Shown in pieces: positions 1 to 14,047 of a DNA stretch of 64,000 bases. The stretch covers positions 70,494,001-70,558,000 of the forward strand of contig OZ024743.1 of assembly GCA_964016885.1 (NCBI GenBank). The letters run 5' to 3'. Position 1 is the stretch's first letter. Every line of letters begins with the position of its first letter. The stretch comes from Eledone cirrhosa. Lineage: Eukaryota. The notes under the pieces were generated by a model. That model was not told the DNA's origin and ran no database searches. It saw nothing but the letters and a program-made list of their open reading frames with translations. The position numbers and the translations under genes were made by a program.

Positions 1-327
1 TGACAATTAGTTACGCCATACACAATACATCAACACCGGCATATCATCAGGAATTATGAAAAGGGATTGAATTTGACCAGATACATATTTCAAGAAAATA
101 AGCAGTATCAAATGTTGTGTGTGTGTAAGAGAGAGTGTGTGTGTGAGTGAGTGTGTGTGTGTTTCTCAGTGTGTGTGTGTGTGTTTACTTCTGACATTAC
201 TCTTTGGCTAAATTCAGAGTGGCGACAAGAAATAAACTCATTAATAACATTAAAAAATACAATATATTCTACTTTATCACTGAGAACGTTTTCCTCGTTT
301 TTGCATATGCAAGCATTATATGTATAT

Positions 328-388
328 ATAAAGTACCAGTAATGCACTGGGTAATTGCTGGCCTTGTGCCTAAAGTAGAAACAATTAT
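328..388 (+). mobile_element. 3' fragment of tRNA-derived SINE (OK-like family)
   Basis: aaagtaccagtaatgcactgggtaattgctggccttgtgcctaaagtagaaacaattat matches the 3' part of fuller copies at 11436 and 29144. Confidence 0.8.
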
Positions 389-445
389 ATGTATATGTGC
401 GGGTATGTGTGTGTATATATATATATATATGTGCGTGTATGTGTG

Positions 446-518
<73 letters not shown>

Positions 519-1148
519 TGTGTATGTGTATGTGTGTGCGCTCGTGTATATATATATATATATATACATTTATGTATATACACACATATATATATACATG
601 CATACACATACATACCACCACCACCACCACCACCACCATTACCATCACCATCACCACCACCATCACCATCACCATTACCATCACCACCACCACCTCCATC
701 ACCACCACGACCAACACCACCACCATCTCCACCGCCACCACCACCACCACCTCCATCACCACCACCACCACCACCACCGCCGCCGCCGCCGCCACCTCCA
801 TCACCATCACCATCACCACCACCACCACCACCACCACCACCACCGCCGCCGCCGCCACCTCCATCACCATCACCATCACCATCACCAGCACCACCACCAC
901 CACCATCACCACCACCACCACCTCCATCACCATCATCACCACCACCACCACCACCTCCATCACCACCACCACCACCACCACCACCACCACCACCACCACC
1001 ACCACCATCAACTATAGAGGGAGTAGTGAGGTCGGGGAAGTAAGAGTTTGTTGTTCCTAAGGTTAAATTGAGACGATACAGTTGTTTTGAAAATAAATAT
1101 TTTCTCAATGTTTGTTTAAAGATCGCTTTCTTGAGTATGAAATGGAGA

Positions 1149-1228
<80 letters not shown>

Positions 1229-1233
1229 CACAC

Positions 1234-1270
<37 letters not shown>

Positions 1271-1316
1271 TCCACCCCACCACCACCCCACACACACATA
1301 TCCCCCCCCACACACA

Positions 1317-1355
<39 letters not shown>

Positions 1356-1945
1356 ATACGCACGCAGACACACACGCACACACACATATATATATATATA
1401 AATATATATATGGTGGTGGTGGTGGTGGTGGTGATGGTGATGGGGGGGGGGGGGGGGTGATTGAGATGGAGAAGATGGCGATAATAGTGATGGAGGTGGT
1501 GTTGGTGATGGGGGGGTGATTGAGGTGGAGAAGATGGCGATGATAGTGATGGAGGTGGTGGTGATGCTGGTGATGGCGTGGTGGGGGTGATGATGCTGGT
1601 GATGATGGTGATGGAGGTGGTGGTGGTGATGATGATGGAGGTGGTGGTGATGATGGTGGTGGTGGTGGTGATGGTGATGATGATGATAATGGTGATGGAG
1701 TTGGTGGTGATGATGGTGTTGATGATGAGGATGATGGCGATGATGGTGATGATCATGGTGACCATAGCAATTATGCTGATGATGAATATGATTGCGATAG
1801 TTTATGATAGTGATTATGATCATGGTGGTGATGATGATGGTGTTATTGTGCTGATAATGATGTTGATGGTGGCGGCGATGGTAGTGATTATGGTGATGCT
1901 AATGGTGATTATGATGGTGATGGTGATGGTTTATGGTCATAAGGG

Positions 1946-1977
<32 letters not shown>

Positions 1978-2010
1978 GCTGTGGTGCTGGCGGCGGTGGT
2001 GATAATGTGA
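388..2010. repeat. Compound microsatellite / low-complexity block (TA, CA/GT, CCA/GGT, GAT)
   Basis: Direct reading; explains the poly-P/H/T/V ORFs of the track. Confidence 0.95.
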
Positions 2011-3114
2011 GGGTTGGGGCGTGAGTGGAAGAGAGGTGTTAATAAATGGTGTGTCTAGTTTTAAAGTAAACACAGCTACAAGACAGGAGAGCATACAATG
2101 GGGCAACATACAAGGGTATTTACTGGGTATTTTGTTTAGACTGTCGTTCTCAGAAATGTCAACATGTAAGAGAATAGGGGCTGAAACAAATACAAGGGCC
2201 AGGGATCAATTAGAAAGGATCAAGTTCAGAGGTGTTAGAGGGTGTCATGGGGGCAAGGGGTGGTTACTTCATTAGTAAGAATAACAACATCATTGACAAG
2301 AACGGATCTTTTCCGTTTAACGAACAGTGTCAGATTTTATTTCATTTATTTTTTGTAAATTTCTCCACAGATGTAGTCTAACGTTGCTGTTGTTGTTGTT
2401 CTTGTGGTTATTGTACCGTTTACTGAAAAGAGGTGAAGAGAATGGATAGTTCTGATTGGCCCAAATTATTTTAAAACGCAGTTTCTAAAGCCCTGTAACT
2501 ATTTTTTTGATGAATAAATTCTTTTTAAAATGGTCGTGGTTTTCGTAATCAATTCAAAAACTACTTTTATGGAAAAATTAAAATAACAACTTCTCCAACG
2601 GAAAAGATCCACGAGAAAAAACAGCAACTGCAAAAACAACGCCAAGAAGGAATTTGTGCATAGACACTCTACCTGCTAGAAACTGCAGCCAAATCTCCAA
2701 ATCACTCGATACTGTCTCAACTCTGCATACAGAGGCAATGTAATCCTACATAGCTCTAAAAAGAAATGATGGTCATGGTTGGAATGCCTTTGATGATAAG
2801 TCTGTTCGATGGGGGTTGATGTGAGGCTTAATACTTAGAGTAGCTGTATAAAACAACACAACTCTAACATTAACTCAATTACAAGCTTCACCCATCAAAA
2901 CCGATGTCAATGTGAGACGTCAACCTAGTTAGGTATATATCCAGAAAAGAGGGTGCATAAGACAAAACCAACAGAAAAACCGAGTTTCTTCCCAAGCAAC
3001 TACTGGAAATCATTACAGTTTCAGTGTATCAAGGTTGATATTATTCACTCCATTGCACATTGGGATGCAACAAAAGAGGTTGAGATACATACTTATATAT
3101 ATATATATAGAAGA

Positions 3115-3163
3115 GCTTCTACAGGACTAGAACTGTTTAATTCGTGAGAAATCATCAGGAAGC
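3115..3163 (-). ncRNA. Degenerate type-I hammerhead ribozyme
   Basis: Minus: gcttc CTGATGA tttc-tcac-gaat TAAA cag-ttctagtc-ctg TA gaagc; stems I and III pair, GAAA mutated to TAAA; next to a (TA)n tract. Confidence 0.6.
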
Positions 3164-3444
3164 TGGCTGTCCAAGTAAGTAGAAGCGGTAGAAGCTATTC
3201 TATATTAAAACTTTTATACTCTGCTATGTATTGGGTACCTTACTTACTGTGGTTACCTCCGATTCAACCTGGTATAACTTATATATATATACGTGCATAC
3301 TTACATATCTATATAAATAAAAGTTGAATCGTGTCCGTCAGTCCATGTGTCAGTCCACCGATGGAAGTGGGATGGTAAACAATCTACGAAATTCTACCGC
3401 GAAAAAAAATTAAAGTGCTTTGCAACATTTGGAAAGGAGAGAAA

Positions 3445-3740
3445 GAAGGGGGTTATAATATATATATAGAGAGAGATGGGGGTTATAATATAGAGAAAGA
3501 GAAGGGCTCATAATATATATGTACAGAGAGGGGCTTATAATATATATAGAGAGGGGGTTATAATATAGAGTAAGAGAGGGAGGGGCTATAATATATATAG
3601 AGAGAGGGCGATTATAATATAGAGAGAGGGGGTTATGATATATATAGAGAGAGAGGGGGGCTTATAATATATATAGAGAGAGGGGGGTTATAATACATAT
3701 ATAGAGAGAGGGGGTTATAATACATATATAGAGAGAGACT
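3445..3740. repeat. Degenerate minisatellite (ggggttataatatatatagagaga-like, ~22-30 bp unit)
   Basis: About ten imperfect tandem units inside the Helitron. Confidence 0.85.
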
Positions 3741-4075
3741 GACGACGTCGTGGTAACGTAGCAAAACAAAGCTAACAAGAGAGAGATGGGGAGATAGTGA
3801 GAAAGTGATAGAAAGAGACTAGGTAGACAGAGAACTATAATGTTGCAGTCATTGCACCATGTGTGTGTATTCATCTGTTGGAGTGGCTGAAGTTGGCCCT
3901 TTATCTATCGGTCTGTGTGCCTGTCTGTTGTACAGGCAAGAGCCATGTTGTGGTAACCGAACTTGCTAAAAATAACAGCAAAATAAACCTTATCTTCTAC
4001 AACACACACACATTGATTTGTATCTACATATATACCTCTGTATCTATCTATCCATCTACCTACCTACATATCTAT

Positions 4076-6370
4076 GGGGACGTGCTGAGCCAATGCGGCT
4101 GACGCAAATCTCCGGGCCTCGATGGTCTTCCATACAAACTGTATTTAAATATGCCGGGCTTGTTCTTCGATCTCCTCGAGGCGGTCTACTGCAACTGGCA
4201 ACAGAACGGGAGAATTCCCTGTTCTGTCACCAAGGGCGTTGTCTCGCTAGTGAGGAAGGACGAGAACAAGGGGGATGAAATAAGTAATTTCAGGCCCATA
4301 ACTCTACTAAATGCAGAGTTAAAGATTTTGGCCAAGATGTTAGCAAAGAGGTTGGCGCTTGTCGTGGGCAACCTGGTGGGAGATGCCCAGACATGTGCTA
4401 TCCCGTCCAGGTCCATTCATGACAACCTCCACCTCATGCGATACAACATAGAGAGGGTTGGGAACGAACCCGGCTTTGGTGGGGCTATGATCAACTTGGA
4501 TTAATCTAAAGCGTTCGATAGGGTCGACCATCGTTACCTGGATGCGGTGCTAGTGGCGGCAGGTTTCAGACCCGTTTTCAGGGGCTGGATCACTGTCATG
4601 CACAGCAGCCGCATCTGCTCTAGGGTCAAGGTGAACAGCTACCTCTCGGAGCCGTTCGAAATCACGCGATCCATCCGACAGGGATGCCATCTCTCCTCCC
4701 TTCTGTATATATTGGCCCTCGAGCCACTGCTGCGGAAGTTGGAGTTGTTACGGGGCATCCCTTTGGAACCGGGATTGCGGAAAGCGGTGTCGGCCTACAT
4801 GACAGTAATGGTGTCAACCGCCTCGGAAATCGGGGTGATCGGCACCTTACTGGAGGAATACGAAAAGTTTACAGGGGCTAAGCTGAACCGGCAAAAGTCA
4901 GTCGTTTGCAGCTCGGCGAGTGGAGGGGCAAACCGATGGCCTCCGACGGCATCGTCGGATGTTGGACGAAGGGCCCGGTGAAGTTGCTCGGGTCTGGTTC
5001 GGACCAGACCTCCAGGTGGAGAAGAATTCGGGTGGGGTATCGAACAGGGTGTTTGCGCTGACCCAGAAGTGGGCCGAGTGCAAACTATCCCTGAAAGGTC
5101 GGGAGGAGGTGACGAACGCTTATATAGCGTCCGTCATCTATTACCGCCTGACCGTCGTGCCTTGCCCAAGGGAAACGCTCACCAAAATTGGAGCGCGCAC
5201 TCTTCCAATTCTTTTGGAAGAAGCGGACTCCATCTGCTGTCAACACCCTTCGAAAGGAGGGATGGAGATGCCGTGGCTGCTAATGCGTAAACACGTATTA
5301 AGGCTACGGCACCTCCAGGTATTCCTCACCGGTCAACCGGTGTGGGCCCCCTTTGTGAGGCGAGTCTTTCCGAGACTCGTCTCGCTCACCGAGCTGCAGT
5401 CCTGGGTCAAGCAAAGACCGAGAAAGCTGGGTGCCTGGCACACCGAGTGTGCCCAGGTGCTCACGGCTCTCTGGCAGGCGGACCCGGCTATCGGTGAAGA
5501 CTCCACCTCGTCATTCTATAGAGGGATGGTGGTTAGCAGGTGTGACGACACCCTCGGAGAAGCCCTAGACATGGAAGAAGACGAACTGGCCAGCCTAATC
5601 GGTAGGACATTTGGCCCGGGACCTATGGACAACTTCCAGAGGTCCCTGGCCTGGCAGTGCTACCGAGGGGCGCTGCCCGTTCGAGAAAAGCTCTACAGAC
5701 ACGAGCGCCCGGGTAGGGACCCCTCGAAAAAGGTCTGTCCCAGATGCGTGCGCGACGAGGAAACCGTTGTGCACGCATTGGTACACTGCTCGGGCGTTGC
5801 CGATCTGTGGGGCTATGTCGAACGACTGCTGTCACGGGTGGGACCAATCCGGTTGACCACCGAATCTATTGTAACGATCAAGCCGCCGCCCCACTTCAAA
5901 AATGAAGGAGAGGCGGTCTTCCTCTGTGTAATAGCCATGATGAAAGAGGTGGTATGGTGGACACGTTTGAAAGGGCTGAGGTCGGACACCTTTCTCTCCA
6001 GCCAACAACTGGTCCTTTTCTTTAAATACCATTGGATGAAAATGGAGAGCGAGGTGCTCTACCCCAGCAAGTTTTATGAAAGGTGGGTGAAAGTAGCGAG
6101 AATGGCCCGTGTGAATGGGCCCTCTCTCTTTATCAGCCTGTAGGTGGAAAGGTGGAATTTCAAGGGAGCACCCTCTCTCTGTGCTCCCAAGGAAAAGGGT
6201 TGCACACTTTTTCGGGGGTGTGTGCGATCCCCAAAACGCCTTCTTCCTATTGAGGACTGTATTGTTAATTTTATATTTGTTATTTGTTTTTTACTCGTTC
6301 TTTTATGTAAACTCCCCCTCCCCTTGTATTTGTCCCGTTCTTTTGTGCCCTCGTGGCTAATAAATAGAAA
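4076..6370 (+). mobile_element. 5'-truncated L1/Tx1-clade non-LTR retrotransposon (RT + C-terminal CCHC zinc finger), frameshifted
   Basis: NFRPITLLNAELKILAK, NLD*SKAFDRVDH, SIRQGCHLS, CPRC..ETVVHALVHC; 3' aataaa; flanked on both sides by (ATCT/ACCT)-like simple repeat. Confidence 0.9.
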
Positions 6371-6539
6371 CTTATCTATATACCTACCTATCTGTCGATC
6401 TATCTCAAAACTTTCTGCAGCGTCTGTTTTGTATACATCACACACCCTACTCCTACCGCTTACACTTTCTGCAGCGTCTTTTTTTTATACGTCACACACC
6501 CTACTCCTAATGCCTGCACTGTCCGCTTAATCTAACAGA

Positions 6540-8480
6540 ATGCTGTTTTTTCAGATTATTGCTGAACGTAGTTAGAGGTGCAAAGTCTTTCAAAGACGTA
6601 AAAACACATGAGGGTATTGTCTATAATACATTCAGAGAAGCATGTTTGGCAAGGAGTTTGTTAGAAGATGACAATCATCTAAAGCTAGCACTTAGAGAAA
6701 CTGTTTCTACCAAACTCCCTTGCCAGGTGAGATACTTATTTGCAATAATTCTAATTCATTGCATTCCTTCTGATCCAGTAGTATTAGTTTAAAAAACCAA
6801 TGTCAGTTGATATTCTAAATCGATTGACAAACAATCAACAAGAAAAAATAAATGATGAAGAAATATTATACAGTGAACTTTTACACAAACTTAAAGCTCT
6901 TTTATATGAAATAGAACAAAAGGTTACCTGAAGCAATTTATGAAGAACTAGCAGTAAACAATATTGAAAGAGTAAATGAACACTTAGAAATAAGAAACTG
7001 TAGATGTGAATGAACCATTGTTGGTTGAAGAACAAAAACATATTTACACTACAATCAATGATTCAATAACCAATAGAAATGAATAAACATTATACTTTTT
7101 AGATGCTCTCGGTGGAACTGGAAAAACATTTTTGATCAATCCTTTACTAGCAAACAATAAAATGAATGGTTATATTAGTATAGCCGTTGCTTCTTCAGGA
7201 ATGGCAACAACTTTAATAGATAATGAAAAATAGTACATTCAATGTTTAAATTACAACTTTCATCATCAATACTTGATGAATTCACATCAATTAGAAAAAT
7301 AGTCGAATTTGGATAACCTTAGAATATTGTAATTTATTAGTATGGGGTGAAATTACAATGCCACACAAAAAGATTTTAGAGGCTGTTGATAAAACATTGG
7401 AAGAGATTAAAAAGAATAATTTACCTTTTGGTTTTACAAGCTGGTGATTTTAGACAAATACTTCCAGTAGTAGAAAGAGGTACAAAAGCTGATGAAATAG
7501 ATGCATCTATCAAGGCATTCCATTTATGGTTATTATTCCACAAATTGTCATTAAGAATTAATATGAGAGTGCATATTCTAAGAAATAATGGCTTACAGGA
7601 CTTTGCAAGTAAACTATTAGAAATAGGAGAAAAAAGGATCCCAAGTGATGACAATCACATGATATTATTGGTAGAAGGTCGGACGCCATACTTTCCAGCA
7701 TAGTTACGTCCCTTTACGGTCTGAGTTCAAATCCCGCCGAGGTTAACTTTTCCTTTCATCCGTACTGGGTCGATAAAATAAAGTACCAGTAATGTACTGG
7801 GTAATTGATGGCCTTGTGCCAAAAGTAGAAACAATTATTACCAGTGGGAAATAGTTATGAGAATGAAATTGATTTAGAAACATTTATTTTTGAGGACATT
7901 GCAATTAATTACACAAATACAGAATGGATGTCAGGCAGAATAATTTTAGCTGCTAAAAATGATAATGTTGATGCTATTGATATACGATTACTTAACAAAG
8001 TAGATCATAGATTAAGAACCTACAATTCTATAGATCAAGTAGTGGATACAAATGAAGCAATATTCCGGTTGAGTTCTTAAATTCATTAGAATTATCGGGA
8101 TTTCCACCACATGAATTGAATTTGAGGAAAGGAGCTCCAATTATTCTTTTGAGAAATTTACAAACTCCAAATTTGTACAACGGAAAGAGGATAATAGTGG
8201 AATCCATTACAAATAATATAACTGAAGCAAAAATACTAAATGGACAGTACAAAAATGAATGAGTATTATTACCAAGTATCAGATTACTTGCAGAGGAGCC
8301 AGTGAAGTTTACAAGATTACAATTTCCAGTTAAACTATCTTTTGCTATGACAATAAATAAATCACGAGGTCAAACATTTAAAAAAGTTGGTATCAAGGTT
8401 TAAAAAGATGTATTTTCTCATACACAACTATATGTAACACTTTCAAGATTTGGAGATCTTAATAATGTTTATTATTACAC
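6540..8480 (+). pseudogene. Helitron Rep-helicase (PIF1-like) remnant
   Basis: LLNVVRGAKSF..TFREACLARSLLEDD, FLDALGGTGKT, AGDFRQILPV, PPHELNLRKGAPIILLRNL, RLQFPVKLSFAMTINKSRGQT; many stops and frameshifts. Confidence 0.92.
7664..7840 (+). mobile_element. OK-like SINE inserted in Helitron ORF
   Basis: B-box gagttcaaatccc plus family body and aaacaattatta tail. Confidence 0.85.
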
Positions 8481-8486
8481 AAAAAA

Positions 8487-8680
8487 GGGCGATGGATTGG
8501 CAGTATCGGTAGAAGGTCGGACGCCATGCTTTGACGCATGGAGTTACAGCCCTTGCCATTCTGAGTTCAAATCCCGCCGAGTTTAACTTTGCCTTTCATC
8601 CTTACGGGGTAGATAAAATAAAGTACCAGTAATGCACTGGGATAATTGCTAGCCTTGTGCCAAAAGTAGAAACAATTATT
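8487..8680 (+). mobile_element. OK-like SINE
   Basis: ggattggcagtatcggtaga...gagttcaaatcccgccgag...aaacaattatt; attattacacaaaa repeated on both flanks (probable TSD). Confidence 0.88.
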
Positions 8681-9434
8681 ACACAAAAGATTAAAAAGTT
8701 AATAATATTGTTTATGATGAAGTTCTTTAGATATGAAAAACGAAAACAAAAAGGAAAATTATAACAAAACTGAAAACCAAAACTGAAAAACAAATAATAA
8801 TTAACTGGACAATTTAAAATAAAACATTATACTCGCTACTGATATTATGTGTTGTTCAATATAATATTCTCAAGTGAGGTTACTGTTAAATTAATTTATA
8901 TTTTTTTTTTTTCATTGAAATCGTTATATACGTTATTTATATTTGAGCAACAAGGATTTTTTTTTTACTATTAATTCATTTCATAATTTCACCAATGAGT
9001 TTTTGTTTTTTTTTCAAATATTTTTAGTTCTTTCGGCATTCACAATAGTCGATTTCAACTTCTTGAATCCTTTTCAATATGCTGAACAGTAAGCAATCTC
9101 CGAGGGAGAATCAACTGTGTTTGTCTATTAATGTAATAAATAATTGTTTCCACTTTTGGCACAAGGCCATCAATTACCCAGTACATTACTGGTACTTTAT
9201 TTTATCGACCCCGTAAGGATGAAAGAGAAAGTTAAATGATATAAGGAAAATGTCCCAGCAAGGTTATTTATCGTTAAATTGATTTATTATTCCTTTTTTT
9301 TTCATTTGAAATGTTATTTACATTATTTATATTCGAGAGTCAAGGACATTTTTTTTATTATAATTCATTTCATAATTTTAACATTTATCTTTACAATGTT
9401 TTCATTCTTTTTGAAATCACATCAACATGCGTGT

Positions 9435-9547
<113 letters not shown>

Positions 9548-9548
9548 C

Positions 9549-9599
<51 letters not shown>

Positions 9600-9601
<2 letters not shown>

Positions 9602-9923
9602 ACACACAAAAACAAGATGGCGTAGGACAGAACAAAGGAGAGGCACAAAACAAAGAGAAGAATCCCCAGTCACTGAAGAGGTCACAGAATATGTGACGAA
9701 AGAACTTTGACAATATATGAACAACCGTCCGGTTGTGGAACCAACCAACCAACCAACTGGAAATTTATAAATTCTTAAATTTATAAATTTAATTTATAAT
9801 AAATTGGAGTGAAAGCAACTGGTACGTGTGTTTCTTATTGGCAACATGACCCTCCCAAAGTATAACAATATCGGTTTCAACACACGTTTTCAGATAAAGA
9901 TTCTTGCTAAACAAATTTAGAAA

Positions 9924-9927
<4 letters not shown>
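9600..9927 (+). mobile_element. Solo pseudo-LTR of the Nematis-like PLE family seen at 14390-18338
   Basis: Similar to 17105-17290 joined to 18260-18338; bounded by (TA)/(TG) tracts. Confidence 0.85.
9668..9711 (+). ncRNA. Minimal type-I hammerhead ribozyme
   Basis: gtca CTGAAGA g gtcaca-gaata-tgtgac GAAA g-aa-c TT tgac. Confidence 0.8.
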
Positions 9928-9960
<33 letters not shown>

Positions 9961-10127
9961 GTGGGGTTAAGGAGTTCACTTCACAATCACGTAGTGCTAG
10001 TTTCAGTTCCGCTGCGCAGCACATGTGTCTTCTTATGTAGCCTCGGTTTAGCCGATACCTTGTGTGTTCAACTAAGTAGACGGAAACTGCAGAAACCCGT
10101 CGTAAATATTATTCACACACACACACA

Positions 10128-10191
<64 letters not shown>

Positions 10192-10584
10192 TACATACAT
10201 CCTCACAGTCTCTACATCTTTGGTTGGATGGCATATTTTAAATGCTGCGCTTTGCAGACAAAATGGTGTGAATAATGTCGCAGATAACAGCCAGAAATAC
10301 CCGCTGCATCAGCTATTCCACCTGATGGGCCTCATTCGTCTATGATCCCACCCCATCCCCACCCCATCCCCACCCCACACATGACCAAAGAATTGACGAA
10401 CGGCAGTGGCATTGAAGATTGGAGGCATTGTGTTTAGAGAAATGTTTTTTTGTACTCATTGACTGATAGACCGCTTCCCCACTCCTTCTCCCCTCCCTCC
10501 CTCCCCGCCTCAAGGGATTTGAACAGTGAACTCTGTAGTACAACTGGTAGTGCTAGCAGCTGTAGCTGTGATTCTGTTAGCACT

Positions 10585-11115
10585 ATTGGTGGTGCTAGTG
10601 GTGGTGATGGTGGGGGTGGGGTGGGGGGGTGGGGTCTTAGTGAAGGTGGTGATGGTGGTGGTGATGGTGCTGGTGGTGGTATTGATGTTGGTGGTGGTGG
10701 TGGTGATGGTGGTGATGGTCTTAGTGGTGGTGGTGGTGGTGGTGATGGTGGTGATGGTGGTAGATGTATTGTTGGTGATGATGGGTGTGATGATGGTGGT
10801 TGTTGTGGGGGAGATGATAGAGATGGTGGTGATGGTTGTGGAGCTTTTATGATGGTGGTAGTGGGGATGAATGTGGTGGTGGATGTGGGTGTTGTGGTGG
10901 TGGTGGGGGTGGCAGCGGTGTTGTTTTTGCTGGTGGTGACTATTTTTATTGAAAGACGAAATCTGCAGTCAAGCGAAAATGGTAAAACACCACCATCACC
11001 ACCACCACCACCAACACCACCGGCAGCATAATTTTCTTTATTCTCATCATCATCATCATTCCCACCGTCACCACCATTCTCACCACCATCATCATCATAA
11101 CAATAATCACCCTCA
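10585..11115. repeat. GGT/GAT and CCA/CAT low-complexity trinucleotide tracts
   Basis: Direct reading. Confidence 0.9.
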
Positions 11116-11293
11116 ACAGCAACTTCCATTCTGTTACTGTTATCAGTGATTCGGCTGCGGCCCTGCTATGCTGCACTTTTCAAGGAATTTACGATATATA
11201 GACCTCAGCAGACATATTGCTGTCTGATACTTAATTTATCGATCTAATATTGTCGAATTGCTAAAGAATAGCTGTAGCTATATTGCAAGTTTT

Positions 11294-11359
<66 letters not shown>

Positions 11360-11435
11360 TTGCGAGGTTTTTTATATGAAATCGTGTGTCGAAACAAATA
11401 TTGTTATACTTGGGGAGGGTCATATTTGTGTAATA

Positions 11436-11624
11436 TTGTTTCTACTTTAGGCACAAGGCCAGCAAATTACCCAGTGCATTACTGGTACTTTATTTTATCG
11501 ACCCCGTAAGGATGAATGGCAAAGTCAACCTCGGCGGGATTTGAACTCAGATCATAAAGGGACGTAACTATGCTGGAAACCATGGCGTCCGACCCTCTAC
11601 CGATACTGCCAATCCACCACCCAA
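11436..11624 (-). mobile_element. Full-length OK-like SINE with TSD, inside PLE pLTR
   Basis: catatttgtgtaatattg duplicated at 11421 and 11625. Confidence 0.9.
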
Positions 11625-11815
11625 CATATTTGTGTAATATTGCCAGAATTAATAACAGAACACACTCACTGTTTGGTTTGGTTGGTTTTCGCTTCTCGCT
11701 TCTGTGTCTTTTATATCGGTAATCTAACTTACTCGGTCCTCAATGTTGCCATTGACTGACCGACGATCGAAAATAATACAGATACAATATAGACACAAAC
11801 ACATAAATATAGTTT

Positions 11816-11857
11816 ATCATAAATCTTTCGTTGCACATCTGCAACATCGTCACTGGT
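11816..11857 (-). ncRNA. Degenerate hammerhead in PLE pLTR
   Basis: Minus: GTGACGA t gttgca-gatg-tgcaac GAAA gatt TA tgat; C3 mutated to G. Confidence 0.55.
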
Positions 11858-12331
11858 GTTATCGTTTCCTCCTGTTGTATTATATGTCTACGCCATTTTT
11901 ATTCAGTCTGTCTATATATTTATTTATTTATTTGCTTGTTTATTTATTTTATTTTGTCTTCTTTGCGCATGCGTTTGCGCGTGTGTATAGTGTTTTGTTT
12001 GCTGTGTGATGGGTGACTAGTGTGTGTTTATGTGCTTGTTGTTATTGTGTTTGTGTATGTATTTATTTATTTATTTATTTATTTATTTTATTTTATTTAC
12101 TTATTTATACTTCTCTTAGGTCAGTGTTGTTTGTTTGGGTGTTGTTGTTATTCCATTCATTCTTTCTGTTTAGTCTTGGCCTTCTAATTTCTATTTCACT
12201 GGCCTCTCTGATTTGCCTATCTGCTGGGTCATTTCTATGTTTAGATATTATTCTAATTTCTATGTTGTCTATGTTACCGTCATGTTGTTGTCTAGCATGT
12301 TCGTATAGTACTGATCCGTTTTTTCGTCCTT

Positions 12332-13471
12332 TTAGTTCCCCCAGTGTTGGTCTATCCTTTCACCTATGCTACGAGCTGTCTCATCTATGTATGCTGTTGT
12401 CATGTTTCTGCAAGTACCCTCTGTACATCTTATGCTATAGACTACGTTTCTAGTTTTACAGTTTATCCGGGGGTTTACCTTACATATGATACACTTCCTA
12501 TTGGTACAGTGGGTTTTCTTAAAAGGGTAGGTTTTGCTGATCAGGGATTTTATGGTGGTTCCTGGCTTTTCTACCACCTTAATTTTTAAGTGGGTCTTTC
12601 TCAGGGCCTTTCTACACTGGTTAGCTAATTTCCCTCCGGGAGTAGCGTCCACAAACATGACACTCTGGTATCTCTGGTTGTCGTACCATGAGGTGGCTTT
12701 CCCTATCTTATGTCTAGCCCTATCTAGGCTATTCCATGATTTGCTCCTGTATAATGGGCAAATTCCTTTCATGTCCAGTTCTATGAGGGTCTTATACTTC
12801 TCCATGGCTCCTTCGTATACTCTAACTCTGTCTCTTTGGTTGTAGCCAGAGAACTGCATGCGGTTGATGAAGTGTTGGATGTGTCTTTCCATTTCTGTTG
12901 GGTCGCACATGCGGGACACATTCTTCATCACTCGTACCAAATCTGCGATCAGAATATTAAACTTAGCACTACTGGACATTGCTGAGTTTTTGAGTATCAG
13001 GTATTTGGAGGCCATGGATTTAGCATAGTGTGAGTGGAGAATTTGGGCTCTCTCGTCTATAGTGTTAATCCAGAGTTCTGTGTCTAATACAGGTAGTCTA
13101 TTGTTAGGGTGTTTGGAAGGGAAGTCGATAGTTACAGTTATACTCTGGTGTATGGAATTAGCTATCTGCTGGATGCTTTCCATCGTGCTACGTTCTAAAT
13201 CAAACTTGTTAGTGCTTTCTAGTGGGGATGTTCTTATAACTATATTGATATCGTCTACATAACGAGAGTACATGATGAGGTCTATGGAGCTCTCATTAAG
13301 GAGATCTTTAAGTCTCCTTTCCCACCAAACCATGAAAAGGTTGGCAACATCACCAGCTATGCTGACGCCAATGGCTGCTCCCTCATTTTGGGTGTAGATC
13401 TTCTCGTTGAACTTAAATATGTGGCCCTTTAGGGTAGTTTTGATACTAGCCCCTATAGCATGTGCGACCAT
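12332..13471 (-). pseudogene. PLE reverse transcriptase / GIY-YIG endonuclease, partial
   Basis: EGAAIGVSIAGDVANLFMVWW, YSRYVDD, CxxC..NCKTRNVVYSIRC..YIDETARS; frameshifts at both ends. Confidence 0.92.
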
Positions 13472-13542
13472 TTTTCTTACCTGATCATTGTTTTGGGGGG
13501 GTCTGTGTAGCTTTGGTTCACCCGATCCACCTTCCCATGGAA

Positions 13543-13585
<43 letters not shown>

Positions 13586-13857
13586 TTAAAATTAGAGTAA
13601 GAGGCCAGGACTATCCATCATCAGTGATCGTCTGGACATCATAGTTATTTCTTCGCATTAAAGATCAGATACCTCAGGCCAGCGCGAGCAATAACTAAAT
13701 AAAGTTATTGGGATAAAAAGAATTGGGTGGAGAAAGAGAGACATGTAAACAAACAAGAATGGTGAGGCAACGTAAAGAGTGAAAAATAAGAAATCAAGTC
13801 AGTGATACAAGTGAACATAAGATCTAGCGAATCATTGACGAGAAGACGAAAGACGCG

Positions 13858-13901
<44 letters not shown>

Positions 13902-13905
<4 letters not shown>

Positions 13906-14047
13906 GTTAGATAGCTTGACAAATTGAAAACTGCGACAGGCGAGCCTAGCCACATAATACCAAAGCAACTAAAAAAAAACATGCTTTGGTATTATGTGGC
14001 TAGGCTCGCCTGCCGCAGTTTTCAATTTGTCAAGCTATCTAACGTAT
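13902..14047. repeat. Near-perfect hairpin, 66-bp arms, 14-nt loop
   Basis: 13902-13967 is the reverse complement of 13982-14047 with one mismatch; the continuation resembles 60357-60490. Confidence 0.95.

Larger units (their letters stand above)
3308..9130 (+). mobile_element. Decayed Helitron (5' end A|TCTATATAAATAAAAG; 3' end uncertain) with nested insertions
   Basis: Typical 5' TC start, internal minisatellite, Rep-Hel remnants at 6540-8480; no clear CTAG terminus seen. Confidence 0.6.
11356..13545 (-). mobile_element. 5'-truncated Penelope-like element (Nematis-like) with 3' pLTR
   Basis: RT + GIY-YIG ORF followed by non-coding pLTR; (TA)n on both sides. Confidence 0.9.

Noticed and set aside
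108-2024. Long ORFs rich in P, H, T, V, G or YI/HT/CV dipeptides (also 10434-11129, 39929-40431, 47400-48263, 50001-51138)
   Set aside because: Translations of microsatellites open in several frames; no coding signal
13580-13860. TA-bounded segment with CTGATGA/CTGAGG on the minus strand
   Set aside because: Could not assemble a consistent hammerhead fold; may still be a decayed pLTR
13910-13935. TTGACAA-att-GAAA as a U3-A8 hammerhead
   Set aside because: Only 3 nt between the boxes; stem II cannot form and stems I/III do not pair
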